From: a virus
IMG/VR virus record: IMGVR_UViG_3300029319_000016
Coordinates: 24,051-88,050 of that record
DNA: 64,000 nucleotides
Reading direction: 5' to 3' (one strand)
Below, one piece after another: positions 48,303 to 57,609 of the stretch. The notes beneath the pieces were generated by a model that worked only from the letters and a program-made list of their open reading frames with translations, did not search any database and was not told the DNA's origin. The position numbers and the translations under genes are program-made. The number at the start of each line of letters is the position of its first letter. Positions within the stretch are counted from its first letter, which is position 1.

Positions 48303-48480
48303 CTTTAACGCCAACGTTCACATTTGTTTTAACAATTGGAGGGTTTTTAATAAGAAGCTCTCCATTGTCCATCAGGTCAAACTCCATACCTTTTAAGACA
48401 GGTGTGATGTCGGACTGTTCCATTAGGGATTTTTGCAGAGCCATCATAATAGCTCCAAGTGCTTGATCAGATAATTTCAT
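48295..48480 (-). CDS. Small hypothetical protein
   Basis: 61 aa with an AAGGAG RBS. Confidence 0.65.
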   Translation of the reverse strand: MKLSDQALGAIMMALQKSLMEQSDITPVLKGMEFDLMDNGELLIKNPPIVKTNVNVGVKDA

Positions 48481-48493
48481 TTGTTTTCTCCTT

Positions 48494-49447
48494 TTACCAT
48501 TTAAAATTATTTTTGTAATATTCTACTATTTTGGGAAGCTCTTCTTCAAACTTTTTTTGAGGCTTCCATCCTAAGTTTCTTAGTTTTCTATCGTTTAGGG
48601 CATACCTAACATCTTGTCCTTGCCTTTTATATCTTAAATCTAGATAAGACTCAATGTTGCCATGCTCATTTCCATAAAATGCTTTTATGATTTGAATTGT
48701 AGTTTCTATGTTTTTTTGTTCAAAACCGCCTGCTACATTAAAAACTTCATTTGTTATACCAGATTCTATTATTGTTATAACTGCATTAGCTGTATCGTCT
48801 GAATGTAGCCAATTTCTAATTGGCAACCCTTTATCATGTAATCTAATTTTCTTGCGTCTTTTAAGAAGTTTTACACAAATAGGTATTAATTTTTCAGGAT
48901 ACTGTCCTATACCGTAATTGTTTGTTGGTCGTAGTATTATGTATTGAAGATCATAAGTTCTTGCCCATGCGTAAATTAGCATGTCAGCAGCAGCTTTGGA
49001 AGCAGAGTACGGATTGGAAGGTTTTAAAGTATCTGTTTCGACATGTTCTCCTTCAGTTATATCTCCATATACTTCATCTGTGCTAAAGTGAAAAAAGATA
49101 GGTCTTTCTTCTACGTTAGAAGGTTTTTTTCTTATTAAATCTAAAAGATTTTTTACGCCCTCAACATTTGTTTTAATAAAATCTTGAGATTCTATGATAC
49201 TATTTCCTACATGCGATTCGGCTGCTATGTTTATAACGTAGTCACAGTGTGGAAGGTATTTTAGATCTGCTATGTCTTCTTGAATAAAAGTAAAGTTTTC
49301 AAATTTATAAAAATCAGACAAAAACTCTGGATTAGCTGCATAGGTGAATTTGTCAATGCCATACACTTGCCAACCTTTTTCTAGGCATTGTCTTGTAACG
49401 TGTGACCCTATGAGTCCCAAACATCCTGTTATCACTACTAATTTCAT
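48494..49447 (-). CDS. rfbB: dTDP-glucose 4,6-dehydratase-like NAD-dependent epimerase/dehydratase
   Basis: TGCLGLIG, DKFTYAAN, AAESHV, STDEVYG, PYSASKA, NNYG..QYPEKLIP. Confidence 0.88.
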   Translation of the reverse strand: MKLVVITGCLGLIGSHVTRQCLEKGWQVYGIDKFTYAANPEFLSDFYKFENFTFIQEDIADLKYLPHCDYVINIAAESHVGNSIIESQDFIKTNVEGVKNLLDLIRKKPSNVEERPIFFHFSTDEVYGDITEGEHVETDTLKPSNPYSASKAAADMLIYAWARTYDLQYIILRPTNNYGIGQYPEKLIPICVKLLKRRKKIRLHDKGLPIRNWLHSDDTANAVITIIESGITNEVFNVAGGFEQKNIETTIQIIKAFYGNEHGNIESYLDLRYKRQGQDVRYALNDRKLRNLGWKPQKKFEEELPKIVEYYKNNFKW

Positions 49448-49875
49448 TTTGTTTCTCCTATATAATCGCTACAAATACCAAAAATGTCAAGGTCTTTGTA
49501 ATATTCTGTTTCTTGTAGTGTTTTGCAAACAATAACACTTTTTTTAGAAACTAATCTATTTGGGTAAGTCCAAATAATTCCTTTGCTAGTCAGAGTATAG
49601 TCGTCATTTTGATGCCAAAAACAATGAATGTTATTTTCTAGCATAAACTCTAAAGCTAACAGATTTTTGGCATGACACCAAAATAGATCATTTTTAAGAT
49701 ATTCTGTCTCGACTTTAAACTCTGGTTTATCATGTCCTAAGAATAACTGTTCTCCGTCATACCAGACATCAATTTCTACATTATATTCTTTTTCTATTAA
49801 TTTGTTCAATAGAGATGGATTGTTCTCTTCTAAAGTTTTTCCTGTTGTGTTGCCTCTATGTGAAATCAGGATCAT
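49444..49875 (-). CDS. Small PLC-like/GDPD-type phosphodiesterase
   Basis: ISHRGN, EN, VEIDVW, LGHD, GICSD. Confidence 0.65.
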   Translation of the reverse strand: MILISHRGNTTGKTLEENNPSLLNKLIEKEYNVEIDVWYDGEQLFLGHDKPEFKVETEYLKNDLFWCHAKNLLALEFMLENNIHCFWHQNDDYTLTSKGIIWTYPNRLVSKKSVIVCKTLQETEYYKDLDIFGICSDYIGETK

Positions 49876-50555
49876 TGTAAAACTCCATAGTTCAATTTAG
49901 ACATAATTTCTAGATCTAAGTTTTCTTTAAAGTATTTTCTTAATTCTTTGTTTGGAAAGTCTCTTTCATCAAACCTAGAATAAAAAAATTTATTTCCTGT
50001 TATTTTCAATCTTGGGTTTACTGTGTTTGTAATTTCGATGTATTCTTCATTTTTTGTTTCTAAGTTAAACTTATTTTTTAAATTTGTAAACACTTCTTCT
50101 CTATTATCAGCAAAATCTTCAAACCTAAAATAATGAACGTTATCATTGTTTTCTATAAAGCTTAAATAATTTTTATTTTTTTCATTCCAATTTTTTACAA
50201 AAGTAACGTGAAAGACATTTTTGTTTTTTGCATGTTTTCGCATAGACAAATAATTATCGTAAGGATTTCTAAAACAAAATAAAAAATTAACTTGATTATT
50301 TTTAAAGGCATTTCTTAATTTTATCTCTAATCCGTTACTTTCTTTTAGATTTTCTTTAAAAAAACGATAAGAGCCTTGTTCTGTTTCTTCCCAGTTAGAT
50401 CCTGACCAATCTACTTCTGTTTGTACCAATCCGTGTTTCCAACCACCTAGATTAGACAAAACTAGAACATTTTTATAGTTTATTTGCATAAACTTCTGTA
50501 AGTAATTGGTCCTTGTTCTTTGAATACCGTAGATTTTAAATATTTTAATTGACAT
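49872..50555 (-). CDS. Sulfotransferase-like protein
   Basis: YGIQRTRTNYL (5'-PSB-like, deviant), FRNPYD (3'-PB-like) and RFED. Likely start MSIKIF. Confidence 0.55.
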   Translation of the reverse strand: MSIKIFKIYGIQRTRTNYLQKFMQINYKNVLVLSNLGGWKHGLVQTEVDWSGSNWEETEQGSYRFFKENLKESNGLEIKLRNAFKNNQVNFLFCFRNPYDNYLSMRKHAKNKNVFHVTFVKNWNEKNKNYLSFIENNDNVHYFRFEDFADNREEVFTNLKNKFNLETKNEEYIEITNTVNPRLKITGNKFFYSRFDERDFPNKELRKYFKENLDLEIMSKLNYGVLQ

Positions 50556-51393
50556 AATTCTTTTCTTCCCTGTTTGGTATATCTTTTTCAAAATACGGGT
50601 ACAGCATAGATGTTTTAATTTTACCCGAATAGATTGTTCTGTTTTGTTTTGCTAATTGTTTAGGAGAGAGTAAGTCAGACACAGAACATGCACTAAATTT
50701 TAAATCAAAAATTGTTTTTGATGGACTGTGTGCCATATTTGCAGATTCTTTATGAAACTCATTTTGCCCTTGCTCCCAATTAGACATGTGACAAATTTTT
50801 ATTTTTTCGTATGCATCAAAACCTCTAGGGTTTGACATCTTAGGGACAAGATTGTTGTGCATTCTGTTGTGTCCGTAATCATTTATACATGTCTTGTTTG
50901 GATTATGAAACACAGATCTAACAAAGTAGTCAGCCTCTTGAAACCCAATACCACAATAGCGTTCATCCCAAATACCTACTTTTCTTATCGCATCAGGGGT
51001 GTAACTACAGAAACAATCACCCGCTCCCGTTGCAAAAAAATCAAATGTTTTATGAAGCTTTATGATCTTCTCTAACCATCCTTTGTAAAACTTTACATCA
51101 TTTTGAGAATGTATCAAAATGTCACAATCTGGATTTTGTAAGTTTTTAAAACCATGTATAATAGCTTGGTTCCAATTTCTAGATAAATGACCTGTTGAAA
51201 AGTCAGGTCTACATTGATTATGTAAAACTTTTACCATGTCTTTAAATTTATCATCTAATCTAAAGTTACTATGATTATTGATTATAACTATCTCACTAAA
51301 TTTAGAAACATCACATGTGTTATAAAAACTGTGTAATGTTTCATTAAGAGTTTCTGTTTCTTGATAAGTTACGAAAAAAATCTTTATTCTCAT
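50545..51393 (-). CDS. Glycosyltransferase, GT-A (GT2-like)
   Basis: IVIINN, SRNWN, SQND, KVGIWDERY..GFQEADY. Confidence 0.75.
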   Translation of the reverse strand: MRIKIFFVTYQETETLNETLHSFYNTCDVSKFSEIVIINNHSNFRLDDKFKDMVKVLHNQCRPDFSTGHLSRNWNQAIIHGFKNLQNPDCDILIHSQNDVKFYKGWLEKIIKLHKTFDFFATGAGDCFCSYTPDAIRKVGIWDERYCGIGFQEADYFVRSVFHNPNKTCINDYGHNRMHNNLVPKMSNPRGFDAYEKIKICHMSNWEQGQNEFHKESANMAHSPSKTIFDLKFSACSVSDLLSPKQLAKQNRTIYSGKIKTSMLYPYFEKDIPNREEKNYVN

Positions 51394-52103
51394 TTATTCT
51401 CCAAAAAGTATCTTAAATCTTCAGGTGTTCCAAGTCCCCACATTTTATGTACATAAAAAGGAACTAAAGATTTATTGTCTTGTATTAATTCATTATATAC
51501 TGGTGCTATGTAAAACTCGTTGTTAACTCTTATGTCTTTTTCTATCATTTGATGAGCGTATTTAACAAAATCAGAGCCTTTTCTATACCAGTAGATACCA
51601 CAGGTAGCAATGTCAGAAATAGGCTTTTTTTCAGCAACCTCGGTTATGTATCCACGAGAGTTTGTTTTTACAAAAGACCATTTAGGATGAACAGCATTGA
51701 AGGTCCACACAATTGCATCGACATCAGTCATATTTCTTAATGAAACAAAGTTTTGTCTTTGGTACTCTATGAATTGATCGGAATTTGCTATTAACAAATC
51801 TTCGTCACAATCAATGTGTTTTTCAGCTAAAAGTGCAGTACAAGCTGCTCCTTCTGTTAGGCCATCAACTTCCACTATTTGACAGCTATTATTTGTTATT
51901 CTTTTTAGTGTATCAGCTAGTCCTTGGTATTGGTCTAAATGTTTTTTTCTAACCAAAAATACGTACTCAGAAACAAAATCTAAGTTTTCAACCACATGTT
52001 GTATCATAGGTTTTCCTCGAACATCTATCAATGGTTTAGGAAAAGTGTAACCTTCTTTTGCGAACCTACTGCCTTCTCCTGCCATTGGGATTAAAATTTT
52101 CAT
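51390..52103 (-). CDS. Sugar-phosphate nucleotidyltransferase
   Basis: IPMAGEGSRF...PKPLI, EGAACT, NSDQ, EKKPIS, GLGTPEDL. Confidence 0.85.
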   Translation of the reverse strand: MKILIPMAGEGSRFAKEGYTFPKPLIDVRGKPMIQHVVENLDFVSEYVFLVRKKHLDQYQGLADTLKRITNNSCQIVEVDGLTEGAACTALLAEKHIDCDEDLLIANSDQFIEYQRQNFVSLRNMTDVDAIVWTFNAVHPKWSFVKTNSRGYITEVAEKKPISDIATCGIYWYRKGSDFVKYAHQMIEKDIRVNNEFYIAPVYNELIQDNKSLVPFYVHKMWGLGTPEDLRYFLENK

Positions 52104-52711
52104 GTATATCTCCTTAATAATTTTAAATCAACATCCTCCGCATTTCTAACCATAATAACATTTGCACCACTTCTCTTAGCAGCTTCAACTCCTTTAGGAG
52201 AATCTTCTATAATAAAAGTATTGAAGTGTTCAAAACCATGAAAATTCATTAAATGAATGTAGCCTTCAGGGTTTGGTTTAGGGTTATTAACGTCTTGATT
52301 TGTAAGAATTGTATCAAACAAATGTTTTATTCCTGTTTTTTCTAACATCAGTTCAGCTGTTTTTCTAATACTATTGGTGTAGCAACAGACGACATGACCT
52401 TTATTTTTTATCTCTTTTATCATTTCAATCTTTTCTTGTCTGTTTTTAGCTTCTCTCTTTATTATTTGAATTGTTTTCTTTTGCTTGAGATCGTTTATTT
52501 TTTTGTGCATTTTTCTTGGAATAAGACCTTTATCTGATAATATGCTTAACTTTTTGCTTGTTGGTATTCCATTAAATGTTGAAATGTGATCTTCTTGAGA
52601 TATTTCAAAACCACAAGTATCTCTTAGTGCTTCGTTTAAAGCATCTCGATGCCAATCACAAGCCTCAACTAAGACACCGTCCAGATCGAAAATAAATAAT
52701 TTATTATGCAT
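52100..52711 (-). CDS. HAD-family phosphatase
   Basis: FDLDGVL, TNS, KPNPEGY, IEDSPKG. Confidence 0.9.
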   Translation of the reverse strand: MHNKLFIFDLDGVLVEACDWHRDALNEALRDTCGFEISQEDHISTFNGIPTSKKLSILSDKGLIPRKMHKKINDLKQKKTIQIIKREAKNRQEKIEMIKEIKNKGHVVCCYTNSIRKTAELMLEKTGIKHLFDTILTNQDVNNPKPNPEGYIHLMNFHGFEHFNTFIIEDSPKGVEAAKRSGANVIMVRNAEDVDLKLLRRYT

Positions 52712-53417
52712 TTTTACCTCTTATTGTTGGATCTATTTTATATTCATTATGTAATTGTCTTAGAACATTGGGATAAGATTCATAATCCCACTTTCCTTTC
52801 ACAACAGCTGTTGCAATGTATGGATATACAACACTATCCCAATGAAACATACCTCTTTTATTCTCTGTTCCTTCATGATAATAACAACTAGAATAGTTAA
52901 GGTATTGCATCAGGGAGTTTGAATTGTTTTCAAATTCCCAAATGTTCTGACCTTTTGTGTATTTGTAAATTTTTATAAGTTTATCTTTTTTTATCACTGT
53001 TGGTTGGATTGAAAATAATAAATTATGAGGATTGTGAAACAAGTTCTTTTGTTTTGCTATGTGCGTGTTTTCATTATAAGAAGCTTTTATCAATTTAATT
53101 AAATCAACCTTATCTTCGTTTACTGAATTAATCAATCTTTTCATCACGTTCCAGTTTGGTTCGTTTAGCAAAAACATGTCTTCATGATGAAAAATTATTA
53201 TTTCTTCATTTATTCTCTTTAAGCTATTATAGACCCTTTCTTGATAAGACATGTTCTCATCGTAATAAATAACATTCCAATCATCACTTAGTTTGTCATT
53301 AATCTTGTTTGTTATAAAATACTTTTTCTTATCATTCAAATACTTCTTACTTTGCCCAAACATAAGTGGCCAAATATCAGAATAGTCATAATGAGAATAA
53401 AAAACATAAGCTTCCAT
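52704..53417 (-). CDS. Putative glycosyltransferase-like protein
   Basis: IIFHHED (DxD-like), SIQPT, IWEFE, VKGKW; cluster context. Confidence 0.5.
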   Translation of the reverse strand: MEAYVFYSHYDYSDIWPLMFGQSKKYLNDKKKYFITNKINDKLSDDWNVIYYDENMSYQERVYNSLKRINEEIIIFHHEDMFLLNEPNWNVMKRLINSVNEDKVDLIKLIKASYNENTHIAKQKNLFHNPHNLLFSIQPTVIKKDKLIKIYKYTKGQNIWEFENNSNSLMQYLNYSSCYYHEGTENKRGMFHWDSVVYPYIATAVVKGKWDYESYPNVLRQLHNEYKIDPTIRGKNA

Positions 53418-54226
53418 TACACCCACCTCGTTTTTTCATATAATCCATTTTGCATGCAAAACCACTTATGATGCAAATGACTGTCTGTCATTCTCCATTT
53501 AGGAAACTTCATTAAGTTTTGACTTTTGTCTTTCTTTTCTATTTCGTTTGTAAATTGTCTAGGATCTTCAAAGTTGTTTAAGTCATAAAAATTAGAATCA
53601 GGCCAAGCAGTTGTCAGGATTTTTTCGTAATTTGAAAGTGGTTTAAAATCTTTAATTGCTTCATCGTAAATTTTAGAATACGATTTCATTATATTGTTTG
53701 AACCATAAAACCACATGTCTCCATAACCAACATTTTTTTGATTCCAATCAGTAGTGTAAAGATGATCTCTTTCTTCATTAAATAAAAATCTTATTCTATT
53801 CACTTCGTTACCACCTCTAGCAGAAATGTCAAACCTTGTTGTTATTATCCAATCATAATCTTTATCAATAGCCATTTTCAATGACTTACATCTGGAATAA
53901 TAAAAACTAAGAATTCTTTCTGCTGTTGCATTTTTATACATAGTTCTATTTCTTTGAAAATGAGAATCTATGTAGTTTTGATAAATTCTATTGTTTTCAC
54001 AGACTTTTGAAAAATCAACTTGCTCTTCAAAAATACTTCCTTTTGGAGAGTAATTATCTAACACTTTTTCTTTCATTTCGGGCTGCCAACAGTGAACAAA
54101 AAAATCAACTTGTTTTGTTTTGGACAAGATTTCTTCTTCAATGTGTTTTCTGCCGTCATTAGATGTAGAAAAATCATTTGTACTTAAGGTACCGTAATAA
54201 CCATGTAGACATACAGCTGTTTTCAC
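53417..54226 (-). CDS. Hypothetical glycan-biosynthesis protein
   Basis: AVCLHG, DFFVHCW, YDWIITTRFD and DMWFYG, a pattern seen in polysaccharide loci; cluster context. Confidence 0.5.
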   Translation of the reverse strand: MKTAVCLHGYYGTLSTNDFSTSNDGRKHIEEEILSKTKQVDFFVHCWQPEMKEKVLDNYSPKGSIFEEQVDFSKVCENNRIYQNYIDSHFQRNRTMYKNATAERILSFYYSRCKSLKMAIDKDYDWIITTRFDISARGGNEVNRIRFLFNEERDHLYTTDWNQKNVGYGDMWFYGSNNIMKSYSKIYDEAIKDFKPLSNYEKILTTAWPDSNFYDLNNFEDPRQFTNEIEKKDKSQNLMKFPKWRMTDSHLHHKWFCMQNGLYEKTRWV

Positions 54227-54837
54227 TCTATCACCTCTATGTCTTTAAACAAATCAAATTCTCTAAGATCTCTGTAGAACGGTTCTTCTGGAAGATCTTC
54301 TACATGTTCTGGGTAGTTTTGCATCAACATTAAGCCTCTAGCAGCTTGCTCAGGTGTCATATAAGCGTTCCAGCCATTTATCTGTATGTTATCTTGGTGG
54401 TACATAACTTCGCCTCTTCCTTCGTACCTTCCTTTTCTAAACCACTTAGCAGCCTCTTCATCATCAGTCAAGATCAAACCACCTTTACCAATTTTAAGAT
54501 GTTTTTTAATATGAAACGAAAGACACATAAAGGAGCCAGGAATATACATGTTAGATGTTAGTCTTTTTGCCGCATCCCAAATAGGATAAGGTTCTAGTTG
54601 ATAGACTCCTTTCCACCTATAATCTTTGAATTTGACGGTTCCACCTGCATGCATAATAGATTGTGGCACTGATAAATAAGTTCTTGCTGGTATTGTTACT
54701 TCATCAACATTAAGATATTCACAACACAACAATAAAGCATCAGTACAGTTATCTGTTGAAATAGCATATTTAGAGCCGCAATAATCAGCCATTGTTTCTT
54801 CAAACATTTTTACAATTTTATAAGGATTGTGTCTCAC
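54223..54837 (-). CDS. Compact DegT/DnrJ/EryC1-type PLP sugar aminotransferase
   Basis: FEE..ADYCG..YAISTDNCTDAL, DAA, SFHIKKHL..GKGG. Only 204 aa. Confidence 0.75.
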   Translation of the reverse strand: MRHNPYKIVKMFEETMADYCGSKYAISTDNCTDALLLCCEYLNVDEVTIPARTYLSVPQSIMHAGGTVKFKDYRWKGVYQLEPYPIWDAAKRLTSNMYIPGSFMCLSFHIKKHLKIGKGGLILTDDEEAAKWFRKGRYEGRGEVMYHQDNIQINGWNAYMTPEQAARGLMLMQNYPEHVEDLPEEPFYRDLREFDLFKDIEVIE

Positions 54838-55217
54838 TTTTTCTCCAATAAATAATACTTTTTTTCAAACCCACAAGACTCAAAAAGTCTCAAGCTAGCT
54901 TCGTTTTCTATTTTTACTTTTGCAAAGGCATCGGGGTGTATTTTCATAATTTCATTTATCATGAATGAAGCAACACCTTTTTTTTGGTGCTTAGGATGGG
55001 TAGCAACACGTATGTCTTGCTTTATAACTCCAGTATACCCTAAGAACTCTCCTTTGTCAATACAAATGTAAAAAAATTTATTATTTTTTTTCATGTATTG
55101 GTAATGTTGTTCGGGTGTTATCTCATCTTGTTTGATGAAACCTTCCCTAACTCCATCCATGTTTCTAAGATTCCTTACATCTTCCCAATACTTTTCTGTG
55201 CATTTAACTAACTCCAT
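54834..55217 (-). CDS. GNAT N-acetyltransferase (PseH-like)
   Basis: HQKKGVAS motif A, NEASLRLFESCGF. Confidence 0.8.
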   Translation of the reverse strand: MELVKCTEKYWEDVRNLRNMDGVREGFIKQDEITPEQHYQYMKKNNKFFYICIDKGEFLGYTGVIKQDIRVATHPKHQKKGVASFMINEIMKIHPDAFAKVKIENEASLRLFESCGFEKKYYLLEKK

Positions 55218-56002
55218 GTATCAATTTGCCTCCCGAAGTGACTACCTGAATTGAACCAATAACTGGTTAAGTAACCTCTTGTATATTTCCATCCTTCTAA
55301 GTTAAGTAAAGGGTTTAAGCATGACCCAATGTCTAAGAAAGTGTTATCTTGGTTCTCTTTAAAGCACTTATAAATTATAAAGTTAGATAAAGAAGCAGCA
55401 GAGCAAAGTATTATGTGATCTTTTATGTTATTATCTTTTATGTATTTAGCTACCAAATCTGCTGTTTCAAAGTTATCAATCATGCAGTTTGATCCAATTT
55501 CAAACTTCTTGATTAAATCAAAAGGCAAATTACCTGTGTTTGCTAGACTGTTAACAACATAAATAATTTTTCTATTATTAAATAAGGGCACCATTTCTTC
55601 AACAAACCTACTATAATTGGCATTTATTAAAAGATTAGAAAATGTAAGTGTTTCATGATCTCCACCATGTAAGTGTATCATCCAATCAAAATTATCTTTG
55701 CCAACATGACCGTCTGTTGTTGTACAAATACCTTTAAAGTAATTCTTTTGCTTGTGTTTGTAGCTTTTAATTAATAGTTCTCTGTATTTTTGATGCTTTT
55801 CAGGATAAAATTCTTTGTGTTCTTCTTTGGTATATCTATTGCTTCCTTTTATGTCACCAGTGATATAATGATTGTCAGCTAGAACAACTGTTTTGTTTTG
55901 CATTATAAATAATTCGCCATCTGAGAATCTGGTGAATGCAAAGTTTTCTTTTTTCTGTATTTTTTCTAACAGAGAGTCAAATGCTTTTGTAAAATTCTTC
56001 AT
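55208..56002 (-). CDS. GT-D fold (DUF1792-like) glycosyltransferase
   Basis: FTRFSDGE and LDIGS motifs. Likely start MKNFTK with an ATGA overlap. Confidence 0.65.
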   Translation of the reverse strand: MKNFTKAFDSLLEKIQKKENFAFTRFSDGELFIMQNKTVVLADNHYITGDIKGSNRYTKEEHKEFYPEKHQKYRELLIKSYKHKQKNYFKGICTTTDGHVGKDNFDWMIHLHGGDHETLTFSNLLINANYSRFVEEMVPLFNNRKIIYVVNSLANTGNLPFDLIKKFEIGSNCMIDNFETADLVAKYIKDNNIKDHIILCSAASLSNFIIYKCFKENQDNTFLDIGSCLNPLLNLEGWKYTRGYLTSYWFNSGSHFGRQIDTWS

Positions 56003-57609
56003 AATTTTATTCCTCGAACAGTTTTCCAACCTTTTTTAAGCCCTTCTTGTACACACTCATCTCTTTCAGAAAAAAACTGTTGGTGAGAAACAGCTTTGTT
56101 GTTAGATGTAGCTTTATCATCTATTCCTAATTCATTACCAAGGATTGATCCATGCATTGATTTATCATTAGCAGGATGTGGAGGACAATAAGTTTGTATG
56201 TTACCATAAATTTTAGCCATGAAACCAAATTGTATATCTTCACCATTATCCCAAGTAACAGGTTTCTCTTGCCAAAGGTATCTTAGCCACTCTCTTTTAA
56301 AAAACCAAGAGTGACCAACAAGGTCAACAGGAACCACTTCTTCATTCTTTGTAGGCCAGCCACATCTATCGTGTTGAAGGTATCTAGAACCGTTGAGAAT
56401 GACTCCGGCAGAACCAAGTATACCCTCATGGGTCTTCATTGTTTGAAGGCAATTCTCGTGCCATTTTGAGCCGGGAATCGTATCATCATCATACATGGCA
56501 ACAAATTCAGTATCAGCCAATAATGCTGCTGCAAATCTTCCGTAGAACTTCCAGTTATAATTGTTTTTAAAAACTTTATCAACATCCAGAGTTGAGAAAT
56601 CAAAGCCGTCATTATCTTCGTGATAATTAACCCAAAGCCATATTTGAACTGGTTTGATAGATTGTTGCCTAATTGCTTCAATTTGCATTTTGAGGTTATA
56701 AGGTCTTCTATAACAATTTAGTATTACTGTTATATCTCCATCTTTACTTTCTTCGTGATCAAATAAAAAAGACAAGATTCTCATTATGACTTCTTGTCTC
56801 ATTGCCTCAGCAAAATTAATTAATTCTTTTCCCTTATACTTTTTAAACCACTCTTCGTGAGTACAGCTGTTTAAATTGTTTGTTATTAGTTTACAGCCTA
56901 GCATCCTAGCTTCTAAAATAACTCTGCTAAAAGATTCTAGACTAGTGGGAAAGAAGACAAATTTATCGTATTGTGCTAATTTATTTATAAAATCTTCATA
57001 AGGCAACTTATCAACTAAATCATAATCTAAATTATTTTTTTTACAATGTTGTTCTGCTTTATGGTATCCCTTGATTGGATTAGGGTCTTTCATTATAAAA
57101 CATTTGTTGTTTTTTTCAGTATTGGCATTTCTTAAAATCTCTAATTGTTCATCAGACCAAAGTGACATCCCTAAAGATTCAACATTGTTAATATTTAAAT
57201 TTTTAGCTAAAACCTCTTTGTGTTTGTCTGATTGACACAACACTCTTTTTGCTGATTTGTAAAAAGATATGTTCATTAGTTTTTGTTTAGGAGCAAGAAA
57301 ATCTTTAAACTCAGCTGGATTTTTATTAATCAAATATTTGTGATCATGTTCTAAAATAACATAACGATGCCCAACAGCTTCAAGTCTTCTTTTTACTTGT
57401 TCTGATAGCATCATAAAATTAGAGACAATGAAATTGTATCCATTGTCCATGTATAATTGTAAATGTTTTAAGCCAAATTCATTAGAATTAAATGTTGCAA
57501 CACTATAGTTCATTTCTTTTAATTTTTTTATTAAAACAGCGTCACAGATTTCAGCTCCTCCTTTAACTTGATGATCAAAGAAGTCAGCTATAAATACTAT
57601 TTTTTTCAT
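55999..57609 (-). CDS. Bifunctional glycosyltransferase (GT-B + GT2-like)
   Basis: N-terminal GGAE...ESFSRVILEA..LG (GT4-like). C-terminal ITVILNCYRR...YDDDTIPG...GEDI (GT-A). Confidence 0.82.
   Translation of the reverse strand: MKKIVFIADFFDHQVKGGAEICDAVLIKKLKEMNYSVATFNSNEFGLKHLQLYMDNGYNFIVSNFMMLSEQVKRRLEAVGHRYVILEHDHKYLINKNPAEFKDFLAPKQKLMNISFYKSAKRVLCQSDKHKEVLAKNLNINNVESLGMSLWSDEQLEILRNANTEKNNKCFIMKDPNPIKGYHKAEQHCKKNNLDYDLVDKLPYEDFINKLAQYDKFVFFPTSLESFSRVILEARMLGCKLITNNLNSCTHEEWFKKYKGKELINFAEAMRQEVIMRILSFLFDHEESKDGDITVILNCYRRPYNLKMQIEAIRQQSIKPVQIWLWVNYHEDNDGFDFSTLDVDKVFKNNYNWKFYGRFAAALLADTEFVAMYDDDTIPGSKWHENCLQTMKTHEGILGSAGVILNGSRYLQHDRCGWPTKNEEVVPVDLVGHSWFFKREWLRYLWQEKPVTWDNGEDIQFGFMAKIYGNIQTYCPPHPANDKSMHGSILGNELGIDDKATSNNKAVSHQQFFSERDECVQEGLKKGWKTVRGIKL

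Noticed and set aside
48295-48480. MKLSDQALGAIMMALQKSLME as another capsid-targeting leader
   Set aside because: Only superficial similarity; lacks the IIKEE/ESWR pattern and has no late motif upstream.
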